A DNA stretch of 64,000 nt, taken from positions 1 to 64,000 of the forward strand of contig CAVUKA010000001.1 of assembly GCA_963741945.1 (NCBI GenBank), in the 5' to 3' direction. The translations under genes and the position numbers were made by a program. This DNA comes from an uncultured Gemmatimonadales bacterium (GTDB lineage Bacteria; Gemmatimonadota; Gemmatimonadetes; Longimicrobiales; RSA9). Shown piece after piece: positions 37,012 through 46,964 of this stretch. Under the pieces are notes generated by a model. It saw nothing but the letters and a program-made list of their open reading frames with translations, made no database searches and had not been told where the DNA came from. The stretch's first letter is position 1. Each line of letters opens with the position of its first letter.

Positions 37012-37902
37012 ATGTCGGAGCGGGCTGCAGAAGGGGCGGGCGGGCGGGCGTTGATCCCGGCGGGGATCCGGTTCATGGCGGGCGCCGCGTTCTTCTTCAG
37101 CATCATGAGCCTGCTGGTGAAGACGGCGGGCCAGCGGCTGCCGGTCCAGGAAGTGGTGCTGGCGAGGTCGGCGGTAGGCGCCGGCCTGAGCTGGTGGTAC
37201 CTGCAGCGCCGAGGGATCCCGGCGCGCGGGACGCGCCGCGGGCTCCTCTTCCTGCGCGGGCTTCTGGGCTATGGCGCGTTGAGCTGCTTCTTCTTCGCCG
37301 TGGTGCACCTGCCGCTGGCCGACGCCACGGTCATGCAGTACACGAACCCGGTCTTCACGGCCGTGCTGGCGGCGATCTTCCTCTCGGAAGCGCTCCGAAT
37401 CCGGGACGTGGGCCTGGTCCTCCTGAGCCTCATGGGCGTCGTTCTGATGATGCGGCCCGGGTTCCTGTTCGGGGGCGGTGGCGTGCGACTGGACCCGGTG
37501 GCAGTCGGGATCGCGCTCCTCGGCGCGCTTTTCAGCGCCACCGCCTATGTGGTGGTCCGGCACCTGACGCGGACCGAAGACCCGCTGGTGATCGTCTTCC
37601 ATTTCGCCATTGTGGCCACGGTCGCGTCCATTCCCTTCACGATCGCGCACGCTACCCCGCCCACGGCCGTGGAGTGGCTCGCGCTGATCGGGATCGGCGT
37701 GGTCACGCAGGTCGCGCAGATCTTCCTGACGCGCGGGCTCCGGGAGGAGCGTGCCGGCCGGGCCATGACGGTGGGGTACCTGCAGATCGTGTTCGCGGCG
37801 GCGTGGGGCGTGCTGTTCTTCCACGAAGTGCCGGACGCGTGGGCGTTCGCCGGTGCGGGCTTGATCGTGATCGGTACCGCTGGGGTGGCGCGCAGCCACT
37901 GA
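37012..37902 (+). CDS. DMT/EamA family transporter
   Basis: Ten TM helices; 'LPLADATVMQYTNPVF'. Confidence 0.88.
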   Translation: MSERAAEGAGGRALIPAGIRFMAGAAFFFSIMSLLVKTAGQRLPVQEVVLARSAVGAGLSWWYLQRRGIPARGTRRGLLFLRGLLGYGALSCFFFAVVHLPLADATVMQYTNPVFTAVLAAIFLSEALRIRDVGLVLLSLMGVVLMMRPGFLFGGGGVRLDPVAVGIALLGALFSATAYVVVRHLTRTEDPLVIVFHFAIVATVASIPFTIAHATPPTAVEWLALIGIGVVTQVAQIFLTRGLREERAGRAMTVGYLQIVFAAAWGVLFFHEVPDAWAFAGAGLIVIGTAGVARSH

Positions 37903-37960
37903 TCGGCATGCATCCTGCCCCGATCGTCGCGTCGCGGACGCGAACGGCGGGGGGCGACCG

Positions 37961-39310
37961 GTGGGACTCGACAAGCTGACGGCGCTGTGGAACCGGGCGA
38001 AGGACAGCCTGTGGTTCGTCCCCGCCATGATGACTCTGGCGGCGGGCGGCCTCGCGTACGCGGCGGTCTGGCTCGATCTGGCCGGGGTGCTCCCCCGCTC
38101 GCAGGCCAGCATCTGGATCTTCAGCGGGAGCGCGTCGGGCGCCCGCGGTGTGCTGACCGCCATCGCATCGGGGTTCATCACGGTGACCGGCGTGGTGTTC
38201 TCCGTCACGATCGTCGCGCTCCAGCTGGCGTCCACACAGTTCACCCCGCGCATCCTCCGCAACTTCATGGCGGACCGCGGCAACCAGGTGGTGCTGGGCG
38301 CGTTCATCGGGACGTTCACGTACGCGCTGCTGGTGCTCCGCGTGGTGCGCGGCGGCGACGGGTCCGGCGCGCTGGCTGGCGGGAGCGCGGAGTCCACCGC
38401 GTTCGTTCCCAATATCGCGGTCACGGGCGCGGTGGTGCTGGCCATCGTGAGCATCGGGCTGCTCATCTACTTCATCGACCACTCGGCCCGCTCGGTGCAG
38501 GCGTCCTCCATCATCCACAGGGTCACGGACGACGGCATGCGCGCGCTCCAGCGACTCCTGCCGGAGACCGTGGGCGTGCCCACGCACGATGAAGTGGAGT
38601 CGGTCATCCCGGCGTCGCTGGGGAACGTGATCGTTGCGGAGCGAAGCGGCTACGTGCAGGGGCTGGATCACAGTGCGCTGCTGGAGCTCCTGGACCGTGG
38701 CAGCCTCACGATCCGGATCGAGCGACGCGTGGGCGACTTCCTCCTCCCGGGCACCGCGGTGGCCACGGTCTGGCCAGCGGGAACCGACATCGACGGCGAC
38801 GGCACGGTGGACACAGTGCGTGACGCTTTCATCGTGGGCCGACAGCGAACGCCGCACATGGACCTCGAGCTGGCGCTGATCGAGCTCGTGGACGTGGCCG
38901 TGAAGGCGCTCTCGCCCGGCATCAACGACCCGACCACGGCCACGTTGTGCGTCGATCGGATCATCGAGCTGCTCCTCGCCTTCGCACAGCGCACCCTCCC
39001 GGGCCGCGTCCGCCGCTCCGATCACGGCCGCGGCGCTCTCGTTCTCCCGCGCCCCGAGTTCGGCAGCCTCATGACCGTGTCGTTCGATCAGATCCGTCAT
39101 TTCGGCGCCGGCAACCCGCGCTTCGCCATCACGCTGCTGGACCGGCTGGAGCAGCTGGGGACCCTGGTGCCCCACGGGCATCGCCCGACGGTGGCACGCC
39201 ACGCGGCCGCCACGCTCCGGACCGCATCCACCCGCGTGGAAGAAGGATCGGATCGGGCGCAGCTGCGCCGCACCGGTGAGCGGGTCCTGGCCGCGCTGTC
39301 ACCTCCCTGA
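37961..39310 (+). CDS. DUF2254 family membrane protein
   Basis: 'LQLASTQFTPR', 'KALSPGINDPTTA'. Confidence 0.85.
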   Translation: MGLDKLTALWNRAKDSLWFVPAMMTLAAGGLAYAAVWLDLAGVLPRSQASIWIFSGSASGARGVLTAIASGFITVTGVVFSVTIVALQLASTQFTPRILRNFMADRGNQVVLGAFIGTFTYALLVLRVVRGGDGSGALAGGSAESTAFVPNIAVTGAVVLAIVSIGLLIYFIDHSARSVQASSIIHRVTDDGMRALQRLLPETVGVPTHDEVESVIPASLGNVIVAERSGYVQGLDHSALLELLDRGSLTIRIERRVGDFLLPGTAVATVWPAGTDIDGDGTVDTVRDAFIVGRQRTPHMDLELALIELVDVAVKALSPGINDPTTATLCVDRIIELLLAFAQRTLPGRVRRSDHGRGALVLPRPEFGSLMTVSFDQIRHFGAGNPRFAITLLDRLEQLGTLVPHGHRPTVARHAAATLRTASTRVEEGSDRAQLRRTGERVLAALSPP

Positions 39311-39372
39311 GCGCGCGGTGGCGCGGGCATCGTCGTTGCCAGCGACTGCCGCGCCGCTATCTTTCGGGCGTC

Positions 39373-41169
39373 ATGAAGATCCGCTACCTGGACGGCGACC
39401 GCCTGCGCCGCGCCCTGATCGCCGCGTGCGACCACGCGCGTCGGGGGAAGTCCGAGCTGAACCGGATCAACGTGTTCCCGGTTCCGGACGGCGATACGGG
39501 CACGAACCTGGCCCTGACCGTCTCCTCGGTCTCCGACGAGCTCAGGCGCAACACGGACTTCGGCGTGGGCGCCGTGGCGAAGGCGGCCGCCGAGGCGGGC
39601 GTTCTCGGCGCGCGCGGCAACTGCGGGATGATCCTGTCGCACTGGCTGATCGGCCTCTCCGAATCGTTCCGCGAACGGGGCCGCGTGCACGTGGACGAGC
39701 TGAAGACGGCGCTGCGCCGCGCGGCCGACCACATCTACGCGTCCCTCGACAAGCCGGTGGAAGGGACCATGCTGACGGTGATGCGGGCGGCGGCGGACGC
39801 GGCGGAAGAGTGCACGAGCCCGGATCTGGCCGAGCTCCACAGCCGCATCCTGACCCGGGCGCGCGAGGCGCTGGCCCGCACGCCGGACATGCTGCCGGCG
39901 CTCAAGAGGGCGGGCGTGGTCGATGCCGGCGCGAAAGGGTTCGTCCAGTGGCTGGAAGGGATCGGTGAGCTGCTGGAAGGTCAGCCCATCCAGCCCATCG
40001 AGCCCGCGCCCGACTACGGCGATGCCGAGCCCGTGGCCGCGGCCGAGTTTCCCGCCCATGACAGCCGCTACCGCTTCTGCACTGAAGCGCTCGTTCGCGG
40101 CAATGCGGTGCCGGCGGAAGCGGTGGTCCGGTCGGTCCTGCGCGAGCACGGCGATTCGCTGATCGTGATCCGCGGCGAGGACCTGCTGAAAGTCCACGTC
40201 CACACGGATGACCCGGAGCGCGTGTTCGCCTATCTGCGGACCGTGGGTCGCCTGGAGTCGCACAAGGCGGAGGACATGGAAGCGCAGCACCGGGCGGTCG
40301 GTCGGGGGACCGGCCTGGCCCGGCGCCCCGTCACCGTGGTGACCGACAGCGGCGCCGACCTGCCGGAAGCCGTGGTCCGCGCGCACGGCATCCACGTCGT
40401 GCCCCTCTCGCTGGTCTACGACACGCGCGTGCTGCGGGACGGGATCGACATCGACCCGGACACGTTCGTGGAGCGGCTCCGGCGCGACGAGCACCCCACC
40501 ACCTCACAGCCCCCGCCCGCCGCGTTCTTCGAGTCCTACGACCGCGCGGCCGCGGACGGGGAAGCGATCGTGGCGGTGCTGCTGGCCTCGAGACTGTCGG
40601 GGACGTTCGCGTCGGCGCAGACGGCCGCCCGGCAGTTCGAGGGTGCCCGCGTCCACCTCGTGGATTCGCGCTCCGCGTCCGTTTCGGAGGGGCTGCTGAC
40701 CATGAAGGCCGCAGAGCTCGCCGAGCTGGGGTGGGAGCCGGCAGACATCGTGACGGAGCTGAATCGTGTCCGCGACCAGTCCGGCATCCTCTTCACCGTG
40801 GACACATTCGACCGGCTGATCGCATCCGGCCGCGTGAGCCGCGGGCGGGCGTGGCTGGGGGGCCTGCTGGACATCAAGCCGATCCTGTACGTGGACCTCG
40901 AGGGCGCGGTTAAGCCGCTGGCAAAGGTCCGCGGCGCCGATGCGCTGCTCCCGCGCGTGCTGGGGATCCTGGAGGAGCGAATCGGGGACGCACGCCAGTT
41001 CCGCTTCGGCGTGGTCCACGTGGACGCGGCCGAGATGGCCGAGCGCGTACGGGAATCGCTCCGCGCGCGGTTCGGCGACCGTGATATCCTGCTTTCCCCC
41101 GCCACGCCCGTGATCGCCACGCACATCGGTCGGGGTGCGTGGGCGGTGGCCTACCAGGTGGAGGACTGA
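39373..41169 (+). CDS. DAK2 + DegV fusion (FakA/FakB-like fatty acid kinase)
   Basis: 'INVFPVPDGDTGTN', 'GARGNCG', then DegV motifs 'VTDSGADL', 'TTSQP', 'THIGRG'. Confidence 0.88.
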   Translation: MKIRYLDGDRLRRALIAACDHARRGKSELNRINVFPVPDGDTGTNLALTVSSVSDELRRNTDFGVGAVAKAAAEAGVLGARGNCGMILSHWLIGLSESFRERGRVHVDELKTALRRAADHIYASLDKPVEGTMLTVMRAAADAAEECTSPDLAELHSRILTRAREALARTPDMLPALKRAGVVDAGAKGFVQWLEGIGELLEGQPIQPIEPAPDYGDAEPVAAAEFPAHDSRYRFCTEALVRGNAVPAEAVVRSVLREHGDSLIVIRGEDLLKVHVHTDDPERVFAYLRTVGRLESHKAEDMEAQHRAVGRGTGLARRPVTVVTDSGADLPEAVVRAHGIHVVPLSLVYDTRVLRDGIDIDPDTFVERLRRDEHPTTSQPPPAAFFESYDRAAADGEAIVAVLLASRLSGTFASAQTAARQFEGARVHLVDSRSASVSEGLLTMKAAELAELGWEPADIVTELNRVRDQSGILFTVDTFDRLIASGRVSRGRAWLGGLLDIKPILYVDLEGAVKPLAKVRGADALLPRVLGILEERIGDARQFRFGVVHVDAAEMAERVRESLRARFGDRDILLSPATPVIATHIGRGAWAVAYQVED

Positions 41170-41227
41170 GGACGCGACCCCGGCAGCGGGCACGGCCCCC
41201 ACTCGCGGCGCGCTCGCCGCTGCGGCC

Positions 41228-41614
41228 TCACGCCGTGGTCGCGATCGCGTCGATCTCCACCCGCACCCCCTTGGGCAGCGCGCTCACCTCGACGGTGGAG
41301 CGAGCGGGCTTGTGGGCGTCGAAGAACCGGCCGTAGACCTCGTTCATGGCCGCGAAATCACCGATCTCGGTCAGGTAGACGGTGGTCTTGAGCACGGAAT
41401 CGAGGCTGGTGCCAGCCTCCTCCAGGATGGCCCGCAGGCTGCGCAACACGCGCTCGGTCTGCTGCGCCACATCGCCATCGATCACCTGCATGGTGGCCGG
41501 GTCGAGGGCGATCTGACCCGCGGTGAAAACCAGGTCGCCGAACCTGAGCGCCTGACTGTACGGCCCGATGGCCTGCGGCGCCGAGTCCGTGTGGACCGTC
41601 TTGATATCCGCCAT
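41228..41614 (-). CDS. ridA: RidA reactive intermediate deaminase
   Basis: 'APQAIGPYSQA', 'MNEVY', 'PARSTV...LPKG..VEIDAIA'. Confidence 0.92.
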   Translation of the reverse strand: MADIKTVHTDSAPQAIGPYSQALRFGDLVFTAGQIALDPATMQVIDGDVAQQTERVLRSLRAILEEAGTSLDSVLKTTVYLTEIGDFAAMNEVYGRFFDAHKPARSTVEVSALPKGVRVEIDAIATTA

Positions 41615-41637
41615 TTCGTTTCTCCTCGATCAGTCGT

Positions 41638-42642
41638 TCACGCAGATGCGCCGGCGCTCCGCAGGTCGCGGACGCTCGCCTCGATCTCCGACGGTGCGAC
41701 GGTGACCACGCCCGCCTTCCCCACTTCCACACCCGCCGCGTGCGTTGCCAGCAGCGCGCCCTCCTCCACCGTGCCACCGGCCGCGAGCGTTGCGGCAATG
41801 ACGGCCACGACCGTATCGCCGGCTCCCGAGACGTCGTAGACGGACCGGGCCACGGCGGGAACGCGCATGTGCACGCCCTCGCCCGTCATCAGCGCCATGC
41901 CTTCGGAGCCGAGTGTCACCAGCAGGTTCTCGCAGCCGAGGTGCTTGCGCGTCCGATCCATCCACTCCGGATCTCCGGCCTGGACGCGGGCACGAAGCGC
42001 GTCACCCAGCTCCGCACGGTTCGGCTTGAAAACCGTGCTCCCGCCATAGCTGAAGAAGTGCTTCGCCTTCGGGTCCACCACCACGGGTATGTCCCGGCGC
42101 CGCGCCACATCCATCGCCGCATCGATCACCCCGGGGACCAGCACCCCCTTGTCGTAGTCCTCGAGGACCACGGCCCCCGCGCCCGCTGCAAGCGATTCGA
42201 CGCGCTCGCACAGAAGGCTCACCGCTTCCGCTCCCAGCTCCCCGTCCTCTTCCCGGTCGTAGCGCGCCACCTGCTGATGGCCCACGAGCACGCGTGTCTT
42301 CATGGTGGTGGGCCGCCCCGGCACCTCCACCACGCCACTCGCCTCGATCCCCTGTGCTTCCGCCTCCTCGCGGAGCGTACGGCCGGCGGCATCGTCGCCG
42401 ACCACGCCAAGCATGGCGGCGTGCGCCCCCAGCGCCTCCAGGTTCGCCGCCACATTCGCCGCGCCGCCAAGCGCGCGCCACTCGTCCCGCACCCGGACCA
42501 CGGGAACGGGCGCTTCAGGGGAGATGCGCGACGCGCCCCCACGCAGGTACACGTCGAGCATCAGGTCGCCCACCACGAGGACGTGGACCGACCGGATCCT
42601 GCCGAGGAGATCCCTGGCTCTGTCGAGACTCAAACGGTGCAT
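41638..42642 (-). CDS. rfaE1: D-glycero-beta-D-manno-heptose-7-phosphate kinase
   Basis: 'GDLMLD', 'RISPEAPVPV', 'GGAANVA', 'DVSGAGDTV'. Confidence 0.92.
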   Translation of the reverse strand: MHRLSLDRARDLLGRIRSVHVLVVGDLMLDVYLRGGASRISPEAPVPVVRVRDEWRALGGAANVAANLEALGAHAAMLGVVGDDAAGRTLREEAEAQGIEASGVVEVPGRPTTMKTRVLVGHQQVARYDREEDGELGAEAVSLLCERVESLAAGAGAVVLEDYDKGVLVPGVIDAAMDVARRRDIPVVVDPKAKHFFSYGGSTVFKPNRAELGDALRARVQAGDPEWMDRTRKHLGCENLLVTLGSEGMALMTGEGVHMRVPAVARSVYDVSGAGDTVVAVIAATLAAGGTVEEGALLATHAAGVEVGKAGVVTVAPSEIEASVRDLRSAGASA

Positions 42643-42765
42643 TCGGCCACAAACGTGGGCACGGAACTTGTGTCTGCGAGACCCGGCTTCCGGGCCGCCG
42701 GAAACGTACGCCGGCCCGCGGGGCGTGTAAAGAAACGGCGCCCCTTGCAACAGCGCTGGAGACAC

Positions 42766-43581
42766 ATGGACGGCATTGTCGCCAGAGCGGACAATTGGAT
42801 GCGGAGCACCGCGGCCGGTGTGCAGGAGTACTTCACGCTTGGCACGCGGGCGTCGCGCTTCGTCTTTGCGCGGCCGTTCTACTGGCGCGACACGCTCACG
42901 CAGATGGACCGCATGGGGGTGGGCTCGGTTCCGATCCTGCTGCTGACGGGGCTGTTCACGGGGATGGTGCTCGCGCTGCAGAGCGCGGTGTCGCTGCAGC
43001 GGTTCGGGGCGGACATCTACGTGGGAGCGCTGGTGAGCGCGTCCATGGTCCGGGAGCTGGGCCCGGTGCTGGCCGCGCTCATCTTCGCCGGGCGCGTGGG
43101 CTCGGGGATCGCCGCGGAGCTCGGGGCGATGCGGGTCACGGAGCAGATCGATGCGCTGCAGAGCTTCGGCACGGATCCGATCAAGAAGCTGGTGACGCCG
43201 CGGATCCTGGCCGGACTGATCATGGTCCCGCTGCTCACGGTGATGACGGACGCCGTGGGGATTTTCGGCGGACTGCTGGTATCGGTGTACCGGATCCAGG
43301 TCCCCGCCGACGCCTATCTGCGCGGCGTCTGGTCCACGCTGGCGCAGTCCGGGTTCCTTGTGGGAGTGTTCCCGCGGGACTTCGTGAGCGGGCTTGTGAA
43401 GCCGCTGGTGTTCGGCGGGCTCATCGCACTGACGGGCTGCTATTACGGGCTTTCGGCGGAGGGCGGCACCGAGGGAGTCGGAACGGCGACAACACGGGCG
43501 GTGGTGACCGCGTCCATCCTGGTCCTGGCGGTGGACTATTTCCTGACGCAGCTGCTGTTCATCCTTGTCCCGCTCCGTTGA
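42766..43581 (+). CDS. mlaE: MlaE-family ABC permease
   Basis: 'RELGPVL', 'AAELGAMRVTEQIDAL', 'GVGTATTRAVV'. Confidence 0.9.
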   Translation: MDGIVARADNWMRSTAAGVQEYFTLGTRASRFVFARPFYWRDTLTQMDRMGVGSVPILLLTGLFTGMVLALQSAVSLQRFGADIYVGALVSASMVRELGPVLAALIFAGRVGSGIAAELGAMRVTEQIDALQSFGTDPIKKLVTPRILAGLIMVPLLTVMTDAVGIFGGLLVSVYRIQVPADAYLRGVWSTLAQSGFLVGVFPRDFVSGLVKPLVFGGLIALTGCYYGLSAEGGTEGVGTATTRAVVTASILVLAVDYFLTQLLFILVPLR

Positions 43582-44453
43582 TGATGCGGGGCGCGGCGGA
43601 CCGGCTGGGTGACGAGAGCCACGAGGGTGAGCCGCTGGAGCGCGAGATCCTGAGGCGATCGATCCGGGCGGAGCTGGCCACGGACGAAGCGCGGGCCCCG
43701 GGTCCGGTGGCGCCGGGTCGGCCGGTGATCGAGCTGGAGGGGATCGACCTTTCGTTCGGGGACCTCCAGGTCCTGGAGGATTTCTCCCTGACGGCGAGAG
43801 AGGGGGAAACGCTCCTGGTGCTGGGCGAGTCGGGAATCGGCAAGTCCACCCTGCTGAAGCTGATCCTGCGCCTCCTGGTGCCGGACAAGGGGTGCATCCG
43901 GGTGTTCGGGAAGGAGATCACGGACCTGAGCTTCAAGGCGGCGCTGGAGCTGCGCCGGAGCATCGGCATGGTGTTCCAGAACGCAGCGCTGTTCGACTCG
44001 ATCCCCGTCTTCGACAACGTGGCGTATCCACTGCGGGAGAACACGAAGATGACGGACGCGGAGATCGAGGAAGTGGTCCGCGAGCGGCTCCGGTTCGTGG
44101 ACCTGGACCCTGACCGCGTGAGCCCGCAGCTGCCCGGCGAGCTGTCGGGCGGGATGAAGAAGCGGGTGGGCCTGGCGCGGGCGATCGCCACGGATCCGGA
44201 CGTGGTCCTCTATGATGAGCCCACTGCGGGGCTGGATCCGCTCACGGTGGGGACGATCGGCGATCTGATCCGGAAGCTGCAGCGGGAACGCGGCGTGACG
44301 TCGATCGTGGTTACCCACGATATCCGGGCGGGGTTCCGGGTGGCCACGCGCGTCAACCTGATCCGCAGTGGCCAGGTGGCTTTCGACGGCACACCGGAAG
44401 AAATGATCGCGCAGGACGACCGGTATATCCAGCGCTTTCTGGCGCTGAGCTGA
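43581..44453 (+). CDS. mlaF: MlaF-family ABC ATPase
   Basis: GESGIGKS, 'LSGGMKKRVGLARA', 'YDEPTAGLDP'. Confidence 0.9.
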   Translation: MMRGAADRLGDESHEGEPLEREILRRSIRAELATDEARAPGPVAPGRPVIELEGIDLSFGDLQVLEDFSLTAREGETLLVLGESGIGKSTLLKLILRLLVPDKGCIRVFGKEITDLSFKAALELRRSIGMVFQNAALFDSIPVFDNVAYPLRENTKMTDAEIEEVVRERLRFVDLDPDRVSPQLPGELSGGMKKRVGLARAIATDPDVVLYDEPTAGLDPLTVGTIGDLIRKLQRERGVTSIVVTHDIRAGFRVATRVNLIRSGQVAFDGTPEEMIAQDDRYIQRFLALS

Positions 44454-44464
44454 GGGGGAACGGG

Positions 44465-45481
44465 ATGGAACGGGGGAAGCTGAACCGCGGGGGGCAGACG
44501 GCGCGTCGCGTGCGCGTGGGCATCCTGGCCGTCGTCTCCCTGCTCATCCTCGGCTACGGCATCTACGAGGTCGGGCGGCTGTTCGACGTCTTTGCCGAAC
44601 GCTACCCGCTCTACGCCATGGTCGAGAACTCCGGCGGGCTCATTGCCGGTGCGCCAGTGACGCTGGCCGGGCAGCGGATCGGCCAGGTGGACGCGATCAG
44701 GTTCATCCCCGTGGAGGAGCGGTCCGGAAATGCCAACATCAGCGTGCGCATCAGCGTGAGCGATGCGGTTCGCGACCAGATCCGCGAGGACAGTCGGGCC
44801 ACGCTCCGGACGCAGGGCCTGCTGGGGGACCGGTACGTGGACATCGCCCCCGGGAGCGCCAGCTCACCCATCCTCGGTCCCGGGGACACGGTTCCGACGG
44901 AGCCAGCCGTGGACTACGAGGAAGTGCTGCAGACGGCGTCGCAGGCGCTGGACCGGCTGCAGGGGATCATGGCGAACGTGGACACGCTGACGGCGCGGCT
45001 GACGCACGGAGAAGGGACGCTGGGCTCACTCATGACCGACGACCGGCTGTACGAGCGTATGGTCACGGCCACTACCGAGATGAGCGGACTGCTCCGAACC
45101 GTGAACCGCTCCGACGGGACCGTGAGCCGCCTCATCCGCGACCCGACACTCTACGACCGACTGGATGGGTCGCTGGCGCGATTCGACACTCTGCTTTCCA
45201 CGGTCACCGCGGGGCGTGGCACGCTGGGGCGGCTGGTGCGGGACGATTCCCTGTACCTGGAAGCGGCAGGCCTCCTGAGCCGGGCCGACTCGACGCTGTC
45301 GGGGGTGCAGGGATTCGTGGGCCAGCTCGGTCGCAGCAACGGAACGGTGGCCCGTCTCCTGGACGATCCGGCGCTGTACGACCAGCTGCTGAAGATGGTG
45401 GTGGACCTGCAGGGGCTGGTGGCTGAGATCCGGGCCGACCCGTCGAAGATCCGGCCCGAGGTCAAAGTGGACGTGTTCTAG
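44465..45481 (+). CDS. mlaD: MlaD/MCE family protein with helical extension
   Basis: 'GLIAGAPVTLAGQRIGQV', 'TQGLLGDRYVDI', three repeated GT-L/V-x-x-L-x-x-D-x-x-LY units. Confidence 0.88.
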   Translation: MERGKLNRGGQTARRVRVGILAVVSLLILGYGIYEVGRLFDVFAERYPLYAMVENSGGLIAGAPVTLAGQRIGQVDAIRFIPVEERSGNANISVRISVSDAVRDQIREDSRATLRTQGLLGDRYVDIAPGSASSPILGPGDTVPTEPAVDYEEVLQTASQALDRLQGIMANVDTLTARLTHGEGTLGSLMTDDRLYERMVTATTEMSGLLRTVNRSDGTVSRLIRDPTLYDRLDGSLARFDTLLSTVTAGRGTLGRLVRDDSLYLEAAGLLSRADSTLSGVQGFVGQLGRSNGTVARLLDDPALYDQLLKMVVDLQGLVAEIRADPSKIRPEVKVDVF

Positions 45482-46878
45482 TCCGCCGGGACAGCTGGCG
45501 GAAGGATCAGGGAGAAGGTGGAGCCGCGGCCGATCTCGGACTCCAGCTCGATCTCGCCGCCCAGAAGACGCGCCATCTCGCGGCTGATGGCCAGCCCCAG
45601 GCCGCTGCCCGGGCCATCGCGGCCGATGCGCTCGAACTCGTCGAAAATGCGGTCACGATCATCCATGGCGATCCCGGGGCCGGTATCGGAGACGGAGATC
45701 CGTGCCCCGCCCCGGTGTCGCCCGCCGGACGTCTCGAGCGGCTGCAGTTTGAGGCGGACGAGGCCGCCTGATGGCGTGTAGCGGATGGCGTTGGTGAGCA
45801 GGTTGCCCACCACCTCCCGGGCACGGCGCGGATCGGTGCGCCCGCGCACCGGCTCGGCGGGGAGCAGCAGCTCGAAACGCAGCCCGTGAGCCTCCGCCTC
45901 CGTACGGGTCTCCTCGGCGATCTCCTCCACCAGCCGCGAGAAGTCCACGTCCTTGGGCTCCACGGGGACTTCCCCCCGCTCGGCCCGGGCCAGGTGGAGG
46001 AGGTCGTCGATCAGCCGAACGGTGCTGCGGACGGAGCGCCGGATCGCCCGGAGCGACGATCGCTGCTCCTCACCCAGCGGCCCCTTGATTCCCGCTTCCA
46101 GCAGCTCCGCGTGGGCGTCGGCCGCGCCGAGCGGGTTCTTCAGGTCATGGCTGATGCCCCGTATGAGGCGGGCTCGCCGGGCGAGCTCGTGCTGCAGCTC
46201 CGCGTGATTCGTCTCCGCCGCCTCCACGAGATCCCGCAGCTGTCGACCCAGGATCGCGAGAGCGATGGCAGCGAGCGCAGCCAGCAGGATCATCATGCGG
46301 TTGACCCAGATCTCGGCCCGCTCCGCCCCCGCGATGTCGCTCCGCCGGAGGCGCTCCAGGAGCTGGATCGAGCGCCGAAGGCTGGCCGCCTCCTCCAGCA
46401 CGGCTTCCGGCAGCCCCTGGTCGCGCAGGAGCGCCGTCACGGAATCCTGCCTTGCGCCGGACGCGAGAGCAGCCCGGGCACCCACGTCCCATTCCTGCTC
46501 GCGCTCCACCAGCAGGCTCGCCTGGTGCTGAACTTCCACATCGAGCTGCATGGCGAGGGTGCGCAGCCGCCCTTCCGCCCGCCGCTCGGCCGTATCCAGG
46601 TGCCGGTACTCCGTCAGGAAGCTGGTGTCGCCCAGCAACGCATAGCCTCGCAGCGCCGCCAGCTGAAGCGCCACCGTTCTCTCGATCTCGGCCAGTGTGG
46701 CGATGGTCGGCTCGGCGACCTCGGTGATCTCGCTGCGGAGGGCGCGCGTCCGGACGGACACCACCACGGGGGTCACGGCCAGGGCGGCCAGGGCGACGGC
46801 GAGCGCAGCAATGGCCAGCCGAACGCGTCCGGTGACATGGGCACTCGTGGCCGGGGGCTTTCGCTGCCTGTTGGGCAC
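45478..46878 (-). CDS. Membrane sensor histidine kinase (CHASE3-like, HisKA, HATPase); start uncertain
   Basis: 'SHDLKNPL', 'NLLTNAIRYT', 'DTGPGI', 'GSGLGLAIS'; two TM helices. Confidence 0.85.
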   Translation of the reverse strand: MPNRQRKPPATSAHVTGRVRLAIAALAVALAALAVTPVVVSVRTRALRSEITEVAEPTIATLAEIERTVALQLAALRGYALLGDTSFLTEYRHLDTAERRAEGRLRTLAMQLDVEVQHQASLLVEREQEWDVGARAALASGARQDSVTALLRDQGLPEAVLEEAASLRRSIQLLERLRRSDIAGAERAEIWVNRMMILLAALAAIALAILGRQLRDLVEAAETNHAELQHELARRARLIRGISHDLKNPLGAADAHAELLEAGIKGPLGEEQRSSLRAIRRSVRSTVRLIDDLLHLARAERGEVPVEPKDVDFSRLVEEIAEETRTEAEAHGLRFELLLPAEPVRGRTDPRRAREVVGNLLTNAIRYTPSGGLVRLKLQPLETSGGRHRGGARISVSDTGPGIAMDDRDRIFDEFERIGRDGPGSGLGLAISREMARLLGGEIELESEIGRGSTFSLILPPAVPAD

Positions 46879-46964
46879 GGCTCGATTCCGGATCTGTAAA
46901 TCCTCATAAAGGTCATGGCTGCGCGCGCGATTTGCAACCTCCAGCGGTGCGCCGGAGCGTGCCC

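Noticed and set aside
23723-42642. Split rfaE1/rfaE2 genes about 17 kb apart
   Set aside because: Separate kinase and adenylyltransferase genes are common outside Enterobacteria.
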